This document shows positions 47,373 through 57,064 of a DNA stretch of 64,000 nt, piece after piece. Each line of letters starts with the position of its first letter. Positions within the stretch are counted from its first letter, which is position 1. Position numbers and translations under genes: made by a program. Source of the stretch: an uncultured Pseudomonadales bacterium (GTDB taxonomy: Bacteria > Patescibacteriota > Microgenomatia > UBA1400 > PJMF01); the NCBI GenBank assembly GCA_964393205.1, contig CAYMSV010000003.1:98608-162607 (forward strand). Reading direction: 5' to 3'. The notes below the pieces were generated by a model, which made no database searches, was not told where the DNA came from, and worked only from the letters and a program-made list of their open reading frames with translations.

Positions 47373-48338
47373 GTGTCAGTTTATTTTAACAATCTAGATC
47401 GGGCTATATTTTTTACTCTTACTTATAGTGATTATTTTAATTTTCCTTTAACCGAAGTAGAAATTAACGATCGTTTACCAAAAGTTTGGGATTGGCAATT
47501 TTTTACTGGACAAAAATTGAGTAGTAGTGAATTGAAAATTGATAGAGATAAAACAGAAATAGGAAACAGTTTAGAAAAACTGTTAAAAGCTAAAAAAATA
47601 AAAAAACTAAAAATAGATGGGATTGAATATTATTTTTTGAAAAATCGTCAGAAGCTTGTAGAGTTAAGACTTGCTAAAAAACAAATAGCAAAGAAAAGAG
47701 AGGTGGTGATTAAAGATTTTCTTAATTTAGTGAGCTTTTTGCCTAGTATTAAAGCTGTCATTCTCACAGGATCTAGTGCCGTAGATAACGCTGAGATAAA
47801 TGATGATTTAGATTTTTGTTTAATTACAAGAAAAAACACTCTTTGGATAATGCGTTTTGTTTTAATTTTTATGGCAAAAGTATTGGGTAAAAGGCCACAG
47901 ATAGATGCTCAATCAAAATCTGATAGTAAACAAGCTTGGTGTTTTAATTTATGGTTAGATGAAAGTAGTTTGGAAATTATTGATAGAAACTTCTCTATAT
48001 ATCAAGCTTATGAGGTAAAACAGATGCGTTGGCTGACTGCTAAGAAAAATTTAAAAGCTCTTTTTTTGTTTGAAAATAAGCAGCTTGGTGAGTTGCTTAA
48101 GTTAAATTTAGATAAAATGGATTTTAAAAAACAAAAAAATAGTTTTTTAGATTATTTTTTTTGGCCAATTAATTTATTTTTTTATTTTTTTCAAAATGCT
48201 TATCGCCACTTATTTTTTGGCAAAGAAAATTATTTTTTAAGTCCTTATCAAGCTCATTTCAACGAGGCCAATCGCCAAGAGGATATTTTTTTGGCAATTA
48301 AAAAAAAGATGAAAGAAAATGGCCTCTTTACTCTTTAA
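47373..48338 (+). CDS. wHTH plus Pol-beta-type nucleotidyltransferase-like protein
   Basis: TLTYSDYFNFPLT, TGS.A....DDLDFCLIT, CFNLWLDE. GTG start 6 nt after TATGAT. Confidence 0.8.
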   Translation: MSVYFNNLDRAIFFTLTYSDYFNFPLTEVEINDRLPKVWDWQFFTGQKLSSSELKIDRDKTEIGNSLEKLLKAKKIKKLKIDGIEYYFLKNRQKLVELRLAKKQIAKKREVVIKDFLNLVSFLPSIKAVILTGSSAVDNAEINDDLDFCLITRKNTLWIMRFVLIFMAKVLGKRPQIDAQSKSDSKQAWCFNLWLDESSLEIIDRNFSIYQAYEVKQMRWLTAKKNLKALFLFENKQLGELLKLNLDKMDFKKQKNSFLDYFFWPINLFFYFFQNAYRHLFFGKENYFLSPYQAHFNEANRQEDIFLAIKKKMKENGLFTL

Positions 48339-49227
48339 TTTTTTTTCTTGGTACTGGGGTTGTCGGCCACAATTACTTCTATTTTTTCTAAGGATTATTA
48401 TTTTCTTAATTTTTTTGCTTTTTTTATGCGTTTTTTTTAATATTTTTGAATCTTTGTGTTGGCAGAAAAAAATCAAAAAGTTGTTTGAGAGACAAGAAAA
48501 AATTTTAAAGAAAATGTTGCCCTTAATTGATTTAGGTAAAATAACTTTATTTTCAATAAACACTTTAAAAAACCCATTAACTATCTTGCGTATAATCTTA
48601 GATAAATTTAAAGACCCAGACCTTATCAAGGATGATAAAAAATTTAAAAAGTATTTGTTTGAAGCAGATTCTGTTCTTTTAAAGATTGTTCAAAATTCTG
48701 ATTTGTTAAAAGGACAATTATGTCAGGAAGAAGATAAAAGATTATTTAATTTGAGAGAGGAAATTCAATCATTATTAATAATTTATGAAGAGTTTAGCAT
48801 TAAACATAAAATTAAAATTAAACTTTCTACCGATAAGGAGTATAGGATTTATGCTGACTGCTGTCACCTAATGAGAGCGCTTAATATTTTATTATTAAAC
48901 GCTATTGAAGCTCTAAGCATTAGTAATAATAAAAGAAAATTATTAACCATAACTTTCGAAAAAAGCGCATATTTTTTAAAAATTAAAATTGAAGACAATG
49001 CTGGAGGAATTAGACCTCAACTGTTTAATAATTTGTTTACAGCAAATTGTTTTAAGAAATATAGCGACAAGGGTTTGGGCCTGGGTCTGTATTTTGCCAA
49101 TGAGATTATGAAAAAATATTTTCAGAAAAAAATTCAGATTAAAAATTACAAAAATAGGGGAATAGTTGTAGCTTTAGTTATTAAGAATACCTTTATCTTA
49201 GCGGAATCACAATTAAAGAACAAATAA
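48319..49227 (+). CDS. Membrane histidine-kinase-like protein lacking the phosphoacceptor His
   Basis: One TM; H-box region reads SINTLKNPLT; N-box LLLNAIEA, G1 EDNAGGI, G2 GLGLGL. Confidence 0.8.
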   Translation: MASLLFNFFSWYWGCRPQLLLFFLRIIIFLIFLLFLCVFFNIFESLCWQKKIKKLFERQEKILKKMLPLIDLGKITLFSINTLKNPLTILRIILDKFKDPDLIKDDKKFKKYLFEADSVLLKIVQNSDLLKGQLCQEEDKRLFNLREEIQSLLIIYEEFSIKHKIKIKLSTDKEYRIYADCCHLMRALNILLLNAIEALSISNNKRKLLTITFEKSAYFLKIKIEDNAGGIRPQLFNNLFTANCFKKYSDKGLGLGLYFANEIMKKYFQKKIQIKNYKNRGIVVALVIKNTFILAESQLKNK

Positions 49228-49241
49228 ATTATTAGATTTTG

Positions 49242-49312
49242 ATCCCGGGCCAGGATTCGAACCTGGAATAATTGATTCAGAGTCAATGGTGATGCCATTT
49301 CACTACCCGGGA
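49242..49312 (-). tRNA. tRNA-Gln (anticodon CTG), CCA not encoded
   Basis: Acceptor TCCCGGG/CCCGGGA, anticodon arm ATTGA-CTCTGAA-TCAAT, T arm CCAGG-TTCGAAT-CCTGG. Confidence 0.93.
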
Positions 49313-49407
49313 GTTTTTGTTAAATGTTTAGTCAAATTTTAAGTTAATTTTAACTCTCTTTGTTAAACTAAACCTGAATATTATATAACAGAAGCCAATC
49401 AAAAGAG

Positions 49408-50094
49408 ATGTTTAAAATTTTACTTTTAGAAGACGATTTAAGTTTTCTTAAAACACTTAAAGAGCTTTTAAATAAAGCTAATTATCAAGTAGATATTGCT
49501 AGAGAACTTTCTAGGGCAGAAGAGTTGGTTTATGAGCAAGAATATGATTTGTTAATTTTTGATCGATTAATTGCTGATGAAGATAGTCTAAATTTTCTTG
49601 AAGAATTGAGGGCTAAACAATATTTTATGAGAGTTTTATTAATTAGTCATAAAAAATTATTATTAGATCGAATTTTAGCTTTGAAAGTGGCAGATGATTT
49701 TTTAGCCAAGCCCTTTGCTAGTAAAGAACTCTTACTTAAAGTTAAAAATTTGTTATCTAGGTCAAGAGTTAAACTTAAAGACCAATATGTCTGTTCTCAA
49801 TTTTTTTTGAGTGACTCTGGTTTATTGACAAGTATTGATGGTGAGGAAAGCTTTTATTTGCCCAAAAAAGAGAGAAGAATACTTGAATGCTTGCTTCTTC
49901 ATCAAAATCAAGCAGTTAGCTATCAGACACTAATCAATTATGTTTGGCCTAGAACAGATGATTTACCGCAACAACGAACCCTCAATGTTTATGTTAGAAG
50001 AATTAGATTAAAAATTGGTCGATTTAGTCAGTATTTAAAAACTATCAGAGATTATGGTTTCATTTTAGATTGTGGTAAAAAGGAATTTGAATAA
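49408..50094 (+). CDS. OmpR/PhoB-family response regulator
   Basis: LLEDD, LIFD (phosphoacceptor), ISH, AKPF; wHTH RTLNVYVRRIRLK..TIRDYGF. Confidence 0.9.
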   Translation: MFKILLLEDDLSFLKTLKELLNKANYQVDIARELSRAEELVYEQEYDLLIFDRLIADEDSLNFLEELRAKQYFMRVLLISHKKLLLDRILALKVADDFLAKPFASKELLLKVKNLLSRSRVKLKDQYVCSQFFLSDSGLLTSIDGEESFYLPKKERRILECLLLHQNQAVSYQTLINYVWPRTDDLPQQRTLNVYVRRIRLKIGRFSQYLKTIRDYGFILDCGKKEFE

Positions 50095-50701
50095 GAGCCG
50101 TTGATCCCTGATTTTTTTTACTAATTAGTTTTATTTTTCCACCAAAGCTATTTTTAATGATTTTTTTAGCATAAAACAGGCCTACACCCTGATGATTGTC
50201 CTTAAGAGAATAGAATTTTTTACCAACTAGCTTTTGTTGAAGCCAAGTCATTCCTTTTCCTCCATCGGCTACAGCAATTTCTAAAAAATCATTTTTAATT
50301 TGACTTTTGATTAAGACAATTTTGTTAAATTTTTTTAACTGATAAGCCTCAACAGCATTGTTTAATAAACAATTGATTATTTCTTGGAAGAGTAATTTAT
50401 TGCCGTTCAATTTAAAACCTTCTGTCTGTTTTAATTGCTTGGCATAAGCAACTTCTTGATGAAAACATTGGTTGAGTAAAACAATTTCTACTAAAGCATC
50501 ATTAATTAAAAATAATTTCTTTTCTTCCTGATCGCTGCTATCAAGAAGGTTTTTAATATAATTAGCGCTGAGCAAAATCTTTTTTAAATTATGGTTTTTA
50601 TTTTTTTCTTCACTCAGAGCTAACTGACTGTTTAAAAGAATGTTTGACAGCGGAGTACTAGCTGCATGTTTAAAAAAATCAAAATAAGAGAAGTGACTCA
50701 T
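50060..50701 (-). CDS. Soluble sensor-less histidine kinase (minimal DHp plus HATPase)
   Basis: KHAASTPLS H-box near the N-terminus, LLNNAVEA, ADGGKGM, QGVGL. Confidence 0.8.
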   Translation of the reverse strand: MSHFSYFDFFKHAASTPLSNILLNSQLALSEEKNKNHNLKKILLSANYIKNLLDSSDQEEKKLFLINDALVEIVLLNQCFHQEVAYAKQLKQTEGFKLNGNKLLFQEIINCLLNNAVEAYQLKKFNKIVLIKSQIKNDFLEIAVADGGKGMTWLQQKLVGKKFYSLKDNHQGVGLFYAKKIIKNSFGGKIKLISKKNQGSTALIQIPFYHNLK

Positions 50702-50781
50702 AAAGGAGCTCCTTTCTAAATAAAATAATAAAAATCAGTTTAATGGAGAAATATAAAATTAATTTAAAATTTTATCTTAGA

Positions 50782-52311
50782 TTAGTTGTTTTTAACTAAA
50801 TCACTAATCTCCCAAATTTCTAAACAAGGTGCGTCGTTAGGACGACAATATTCTGTAACTAGTTTGTCCTCATCCAATTGAATATTAAAGCGATGAGAGT
50901 TAACTACCAACCAAACTAAATCATAATTTTTAGCTTTTTCTACAAAATCATCAGGAATAGAGCTAATTGGTTGACCAATGCCTTCAATCATTAAATTGTC
51001 AACATTGCGACGATGTAAGTACATTAAAATTCCATCAGGTAAAGTGCCAAAATAACCTTCTGTAGCAACTGCTAGACGCTGATTTTGACTTTTTTCAAGC
51101 ATTAATTGAGTAGTTTCTAAAATTCCATGTCCACTTGACCACTCCTCTAAATATTGAACCCTATCAGCCTTGGTGAAGGGAATTTGATCAGGATTGAAAT
51201 AGCTAGGAATAATAAAATTAGCACTTTTAATTATTATAAAAACTAGAAGTGAGAGGGCGGCTAGTTTTTTAATAAGATTTTTTTGTAAAATTAAAATACT
51301 TAAGCTTAGACTAGCAGAAACGATGATAAAAATACTGGCTGGTAACAAATAACGAGGGTAAACAACCCTGCCCAAAGCAGCTAGGGGTAAAAGAAATACT
51401 AAGAAGGCCAAACAAAGATTGAATTGTTCTTTTCTAATTTTTCTAGAAAATAATGGTAAGGCTAAAATAAATAGAGGCAAACCCAAGTATTTTAAAAATT
51501 GTTGGCTAAAGAAAGTCAAATTATTTTTAATAATACTAAAAACTTCTGTTTCCCACAAAATTGTGAAAGGATGAAGAAAATCTCCACCCCTACTAAATAA
51601 TTGAGGAAAAACTGGTACAAAGCGAAAGAGATAAAAAAATAAGAAAGCAACAATTAGAGCAAAGCTTAAGTGAATGACACTTTTTAATAAAGTTAATAAA
51701 CGAATTTCTTTTTTTTGGAAGATAAGAACTAATATGCTAGGAATAAAAAGCAAGGCACTGAGTTTACTTAAAAGTGCCATCAAAAATTTAAAAACCAATA
51801 ACATTAACCAGTAAATTTTTTCAGATTTAATTAATTTAAGCGCTGCCAAAAAACTCAAAGCCAAATTGAAAAACAATAAACCATCGGTTAGGGCCATGCG
51901 ATTATGAAAAAAGGTAAAAGGTAAAATGGTAGTTAAAAACATTGCCAAATATTGAGCCAAGTGTTTGTTTTTTTCTCGATCATTAATTAAGTTTCTGGTA
52001 ATTTCACCCATGATCAAAATGCTACCCGCTCCAAGCAATACTGATAAAAATCTTCCAGCATATAGTTGGTTGTTGAAAATAAACTGAAAGGGTAACATCA
52101 ACCACATTTGTAAAGGAGTTTTGCCGTCATTCATTGGAAAAAATAAATAACGTCGCCAATCATCAATAATTAATTGAGTCCAGCGAATATAAATTGCTTC
52201 GTCTGCAAAAACTGGCAATTTGTTTAGTTTAAATAAAGTTAATAAAAAATAAAAAAGCAATAAAGAAAGAACAATTAGGCGATGATGTTTTTTGCTTATT
52301 GTTTTTTGCAT
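50782..52311 (-). CDS. GT-C glycosyltransferase (ArnT/PMT-like)
   Basis: More than 10 TMs, FADEAIYIRW loop, DGKTPL, RMALTDG. Confidence 0.85.
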   Translation of the reverse strand: MQKTISKKHHRLIVLSLLLFYFLLTLFKLNKLPVFADEAIYIRWTQLIIDDWRRYLFFPMNDGKTPLQMWLMLPFQFIFNNQLYAGRFLSVLLGAGSILIMGEITRNLINDREKNKHLAQYLAMFLTTILPFTFFHNRMALTDGLLFFNLALSFLAALKLIKSEKIYWLMLLVFKFLMALLSKLSALLFIPSILVLIFQKKEIRLLTLLKSVIHLSFALIVAFLFFYLFRFVPVFPQLFSRGGDFLHPFTILWETEVFSIIKNNLTFFSQQFLKYLGLPLFILALPLFSRKIRKEQFNLCLAFLVFLLPLAALGRVVYPRYLLPASIFIIVSASLSLSILILQKNLIKKLAALSLLVFIIIKSANFIIPSYFNPDQIPFTKADRVQYLEEWSSGHGILETTQLMLEKSQNQRLAVATEGYFGTLPDGILMYLHRRNVDNLMIEGIGQPISSIPDDFVEKAKNYDLVWLVVNSHRFNIQLDEDKLVTEYCRPNDAPCLEIWEISDLVKNN

Positions 52312-53567
52312 TTTTTAAACAGAGCCCTTAGTAATAAAAGTAGATTATAAACAAATATTGGTAACCATAATAGAGTTTGTTTTAAAACTAGTAAGTTAGG
52401 AATTTTTTGATCAAAAGTTAACCATGGTAAATAAATCATCCATGGTACATAACTTAATAAAGCAGTAAATGAAAAAAGCAACAAATTGTTCTTCCACCAT
52501 TTATTTTTAAGTAAAGGTAAAAAAGCCATTGGCCAGATTAAATACCAAGTTAAAAAACGCTGAGATCGGACAGTTAATAGTGGAAGGAAAAGTGCGAAGC
52601 TAGTAAGATCCCAAAAATATTGATTTATGAATTTTTTTAATTTGTTTAATAAATTATTTTTAAAAATATTTAATTTATTTAAATAATTTTCAATTAAATA
52701 ATAAATTAGAAAAGGTAAGGCAAGCAGACTAGCAAATTTGGTAAAGACTGAAAAGACCATTAACAAAATAATTATTAATAAACGCCAATATTTTTTTTCT
52801 TTTTCTTCTTTAAATTTTTTAGCAACTAAAAAACTAAGTAGAACTGGCCACATCATCCACCAATCATTATGAGCGTTAGATAAAGTTTCAATGAGAATGA
52901 GTGGGTTAAGAAAAAGCAAGGCTAATTTAAAATTTTTATCTTTGTTTTTATCTAATAATTTCCAAGAACAAAAGAAAGCAATTAACATTGCTAAAAATGA
53001 AAAAAATTTAAAGTTTAACCAAGTTAAAATAAATTTATTAAATCCTAAATAATAGGGAATTAGAGAGAGTAGCGTCCAGAGTTGTCCATATGGGGCTGTA
53101 GTATGGACGTTGTGCATAAAGCGAGACCAAGGATCATTGATAAAATTTAGTGCTGAAACCAAGTGAGGATTAGCTCCGTATTTAATGACGATTCTGGCAT
53201 TAAAAATATAGTTGAAAACATCGTGAGATAGGGCGTTGTAACTTAATAATAGAATTCCAAATAGTATTGCTAAATAAAAAATTATTTTTTTTTCAAAAAA
53301 TCCTAATTTTTTTGGCCAATTTTTTAATAAATAATAATAATTAATAAATAGACCAATGATTAAAAATAGATAAGTAGCAGTGCGCAGGAAAATATTAGGT
53401 GAAACTTTTTGCCATAAAAAGCTTTGCCAATGAGTAAACCAAGTGGTATTAATTAGAGTTAAATTAGGATCAGTAAAAACAAAAGAAAACAGAGTATAAA
53501 TAAAAAATAAAAAAATATAGCTAGCTAAGAAATAGAAAAACTTTTGCTGATTTTTATTGATTTTCAT
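52296..53567 (-). CDS. GT-C membrane glycosyltransferase (MptA/B-like)
   Basis: SHDVFNY, APYG.LW, LNPL..IE...AHND; multi-TM. Confidence 0.8.
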   Translation of the reverse strand: MKINKNQQKFFYFLASYIFLFFIYTLFSFVFTDPNLTLINTTWFTHWQSFLWQKVSPNIFLRTATYLFLIIGLFINYYYLLKNWPKKLGFFEKKIIFYLAILFGILLLSYNALSHDVFNYIFNARIVIKYGANPHLVSALNFINDPWSRFMHNVHTTAPYGQLWTLLSLIPYYLGFNKFILTWLNFKFFSFLAMLIAFFCSWKLLDKNKDKNFKLALLFLNPLILIETLSNAHNDWWMMWPVLLSFLVAKKFKEEKEKKYWRLLIIILLMVFSVFTKFASLLALPFLIYYLIENYLNKLNIFKNNLLNKLKKFINQYFWDLTSFALFLPLLTVRSQRFLTWYLIWPMAFLPLLKNKWWKNNLLLFSFTALLSYVPWMIYLPWLTFDQKIPNLLVLKQTLLWLPIFVYNLLLLLRALFKKCKKQ

Positions 53568-54327
53568 GATCGGGGTATTTGCCAGTCCAATCAGCAAGCT
53601 TAATGCGCATGATGTCTAAAAACATCAAAAAAGAGTCTTTAATGGGGTTAACGCGATTAGTAGCATAGTGCTTCCAGGCTACAGGAACTTCTCTAATTTT
53701 AAAGTTATATTTTTTAGCTAGATATAGTAATTCTACGTCAAAAGCTCCAGTAAAAGCATCGCGACGCTCTTTATTAGTAGCATAAACGTGTAGTTTGGGG
53801 AAAAGGGTGGTGGTAGCTGATTGCGAAAACAATTTAAAGCCACATTGGGTATCAAGCATGCCGGGTACAGCAAGAGTTTGCACTACTAGATTAAAAACTC
53901 TACCCATTAAATGTCGATAAAAAGGTTCTTTTTGTCTTTGAGCTCCAATTATTTCTCTGGAACCAAAAACTACTTGATAACGATCAGTATATTTAAATAA
54001 TTGTTCTATTTCTTTTAGGGGGGTTGATTGATCGAAGTCAGTGAACAGTCGCCATTCTCCTTGGGCAGCCATCATTCCTGACGCCACGGTAGGCCCTTTG
54101 CCTCGATGGGGATTAATTAAAACCCTAATTCTTTCATCTTTTTTAGCGAAATTTTCTAAGGCCTGATTTGTTCCATCGGTAGAACCATCATCACTTAGAA
54201 TTAACTCCCAAGTCTTTGGATATTTTTTTAAATAAGTTAAAACCTCTTCCAACACTCCTCTTTTAATATTTTTCATTTCGTTGTAAGAAGGTAAGACCAC
54301 TGAGAGGTAGATTGACATATTACTCAT
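53554..54327 (-). CDS. GT2 polyprenyl-phosphate glycosyltransferase (dolichyl-phosphate glucose synthase-like)
   Basis: PSYNE, DDGSTD, HRGKG, DFD, DTQCGFKLF, FDVELL. Confidence 0.9.
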   Translation of the reverse strand: MSNMSIYLSVVLPSYNEMKNIKRGVLEEVLTYLKKYPKTWELILSDDGSTDGTNQALENFAKKDERIRVLINPHRGKGPTVASGMMAAQGEWRLFTDFDQSTPLKEIEQLFKYTDRYQVVFGSREIIGAQRQKEPFYRHLMGRVFNLVVQTLAVPGMLDTQCGFKLFSQSATTTLFPKLHVYATNKERRDAFTGAFDVELLYLAKKYNFKIREVPVAWKHYATNRVNPIKDSFLMFLDIMRIKLADWTGKYPDHENQ

Positions 54328-55858
54328 TATTATAATTGTTTTCAGGAGCTCCTAAAACAGTAATTTCTGGACCCGGATTAAACTGATATTTTTCAATGAC
54401 ATTTTTGTGTGGAAAGACTACTATTTCATAAAGTGGTAGGTTAAGAATTTTTTCTTCTTTTTTTTCTTCATCAATAATAAATAGCTTTTCTGCCAAGTGG
54501 TGGTCTTCAAATTTTAGAGTTGGATTGGACATGGTAGATAAAAAATATCGATAATTTAATCCATAAGGATCTTTTGATTCAGATAAAAGCACGATATTAT
54601 ATTTTTCATCTTCAGCAACTCGTTGTTGAATACTTTCAGCTACTTTTTTAACATCTTCTGCCCGCCAGCCCAAATTTTCCAGTCGATAAAGATCTAGATT
54701 TCTCCTGATAAAGAAAATTAAAAACATGCTAGTAGCTAGATAAAAAAGCCACTTAGGCTTAATTTTACTCAGTATCCAAGCATAAAAAATATAAACCATT
54801 GGTAAAAGATAAGCAAAATAGTGAGGGTAGACCTCGTGTTGGTAGAGGCTGAGACCTAACAAGCCTGTACCTAGATAGCTAAAAAGCACTATTTCTTCAT
54901 TTTTAATTTTTTGGTGATTTTTTAATAGGTAAAAAATAAAGAATAAGAAAGTGATTGTTAAGAAAAAATTATTGATACCAAGATCAGCAAAAGTACTGGT
55001 AAAAAGGACCTGTTTACTTTGTCTTTTGAAATCAATGGTAAAAAGTTTAATAATAGCATTGAAGCCTTCTCGTCCACTTTTTCTTTCTAAATCAAAACTT
55101 TGTTCTTTATTAAAGATGTTACTGAGTGCTTGTAAATTTCGCCAGTTATATTTGTAATCAAAAAGCATTAAAGGAGTGAGCGAACTTAGAAAAATAAATA
55201 GAGACAAAAGGCTGTGTTTAAACAATTTTTTAGTTTTTTTCTTTTTAAGTTTTTCTCTGAGACTTAAAATAAAAATGATTGCTGCTCCACCCAAAGTTAA
55301 GAGGGCAACATAGTGGAGTTGAACAAGGATGCTAAACATCAGGCTAACTAATAACCAATAGCGCGAATCTTTTTTCCAAGCTAAAAAAGTGAAATACATC
55401 ATTAATAGAGAGAAAAAAGGAGCTGGATTGGGATTCCAACTAAAACGAGCTAGTTCTACAGTGATGTGAGACAAGGCAAAGAAAACAGTGGCTAGAATAG
55501 CCATTTTTTGATTAAAAATCTTTTTAACAATTAGATAAATTAAAGCTACAGTTATTACCCCTAAAACAGCTACCGCATAAACTGGTCCAATCGGGTTGGG
55601 ATAAGATAAAAATAGAAAAGGCAACATAAAATAATAATAAAAAGGTCCAAGATACATGTTGCCAATGCTAGTAACTGGACCGATAAAAACTAGATCTTTT
55701 TCTTTAAAAATATTGGCTACTACCAATGCATCACGTGCTTGATCGGCTTGAAAGACGAAAGTGTTTTCCAAATTATAAAAACGCAAAAAAGTAGCTACTA
55801 TTAAAATAAGTACTAAAAAAATATTAGCTGGCTTTAAATATTTTTTAACATTAATCAT
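54320..55858 (-). CDS. GT-C glycosyltransferase (ArnT/PMT-like)
   Basis: LRFYNL, FQADQARD, GPFYYY, WNPN; multi-TM. Confidence 0.85.
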   Translation of the reverse strand: MINVKKYLKPANIFLVLILIVATFLRFYNLENTFVFQADQARDALVVANIFKEKDLVFIGPVTSIGNMYLGPFYYYFMLPFLFLSYPNPIGPVYAVAVLGVITVALIYLIVKKIFNQKMAILATVFFALSHITVELARFSWNPNPAPFFSLLMMYFTFLAWKKDSRYWLLVSLMFSILVQLHYVALLTLGGAAIIFILSLREKLKKKKTKKLFKHSLLSLFIFLSSLTPLMLFDYKYNWRNLQALSNIFNKEQSFDLERKSGREGFNAIIKLFTIDFKRQSKQVLFTSTFADLGINNFFLTITFLFFIFYLLKNHQKIKNEEIVLFSYLGTGLLGLSLYQHEVYPHYFAYLLPMVYIFYAWILSKIKPKWLFYLATSMFLIFFIRRNLDLYRLENLGWRAEDVKKVAESIQQRVAEDEKYNIVLLSESKDPYGLNYRYFLSTMSNPTLKFEDHHLAEKLFIIDEEKKEEKILNLPLYEIVVFPHKNVIEKYQFNPGPEITVLGAPENNYNNE

Positions 55859-55862
55859 GAAG

Positions 55863-57050
55863 TTATTTTTTTAATTTTTTTATTTTTGTTTTTTTATTTT
55901 TTTTCCAAATAAAAGCATTATAGGCAAAATAGTTCCAAAACATGCCAATTAAAATACCAACTATCGCAAACAAAGTACCAGTGTCAAATGGATAGTTGAT
56001 AATTGGTATTATGAAGATGTTTTGCAGACCAAGAGTTGTTTCTCCAATAATAGCTACTAATTGTTGAATTGCTATGGAACCGCCAGAACTGAGATTAAAT
56101 TTTATAAAACTAAGTGGAATTTCTTTAAATTTTAGTTTACGATCAGCAAACGTCCAGAGGTTGCTCAAAATGAAATTGGAAACAACTGCCGTCTCAATGG
56201 CGGCAAAAAAAGCTAATTGAAATGGAAAAAATAAGCGCCAAAGCTGCAGAGATAATAATTGAACTAAAGCTCCTACTGAGCCGACTACAGCAAATTTAAA
56301 CACACGCATTGCCAATATTTCTTGAATTCTAACTTTCATAATGTATAACAGAGTATTTTTGATGTACTCTGGTCCTATTTTACTTTTACCAATTTCCCGA
56401 TCTTTAAAAGCAAATGCCACTTCGCTAATTTTAAAATTTTTCCTCAAAGCTTTGTGTAAGAAGCCGATTTGAAAAGTATAGCCGAAAAACCTTTCAAACT
56501 CTAGTTCTTTAACTACTGCTTGATAAACTTCTTTTTTTATTGCTCGATAACCTGTTGTCCAATCATGAATCGAATAATCCATCATTATTGTTCTAATAAA
56601 TAAATTACCAAAAATACTGAGAAATTTTCGATGAAGCCCCCAGTTTTCAGGAATGGAGCCTCCTTTAATATATCGAGAACCCAAAACCAAATCACTACCT
56701 TGGTCAATTCTTTTTAACATTTCTGGAATTTTATGGGGATCGTGAGATAAATCGGCATCAAATTCAAAAACTAAATCAGCCTCCAATTGATTAAAAGCTT
56801 GATCCATCCCTTTTAAATATGCTGCTCCTAAACCGTTTTTTTCTTTATTAAGCAATAATTTAAGGAAAGAATATTTCTTTTGTAGTTTTTTGACTACTTG
56901 AGCTGTTCCGTCTGGAGAATTATCGTCAACAACTAAAATCTGCATTTGCCAATCATTAATTTTTTGAAAAACTTGACTCAATTTCTTAAGAGTGCGGGCT
57001 AAATTACCAGCCTCATTATAGGTGGGGATAATAATAATAGCTTTTTGCAT
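55863..57050 (-). CDS. Polyprenyl-phosphate mannose synthase-like GT2 fused to a GtrA domain
   Basis: PTYNE, DDNSPDGT, DADLSH, GSRYIKGG; C-terminal KFAVVG..NF..WTF GtrA helices. Confidence 0.9.
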   Translation of the reverse strand: MQKAIIIIPTYNEAGNLARTLKKLSQVFQKINDWQMQILVVDDNSPDGTAQVVKKLQKKYSFLKLLLNKEKNGLGAAYLKGMDQAFNQLEADLVFEFDADLSHDPHKIPEMLKRIDQGSDLVLGSRYIKGGSIPENWGLHRKFLSIFGNLFIRTIMMDYSIHDWTTGYRAIKKEVYQAVVKELEFERFFGYTFQIGFLHKALRKNFKISEVAFAFKDREIGKSKIGPEYIKNTLLYIMKVRIQEILAMRVFKFAVVGSVGALVQLLSLQLWRLFFPFQLAFFAAIETAVVSNFILSNLWTFADRKLKFKEIPLSFIKFNLSSGGSIAIQQLVAIIGETTLGLQNIFIIPIINYPFDTGTLFAIVGILIGMFWNYFAYNAFIWKKNKKTKIKKLKK

Positions 57051-57064
57051 CTTATTAATTGTTT

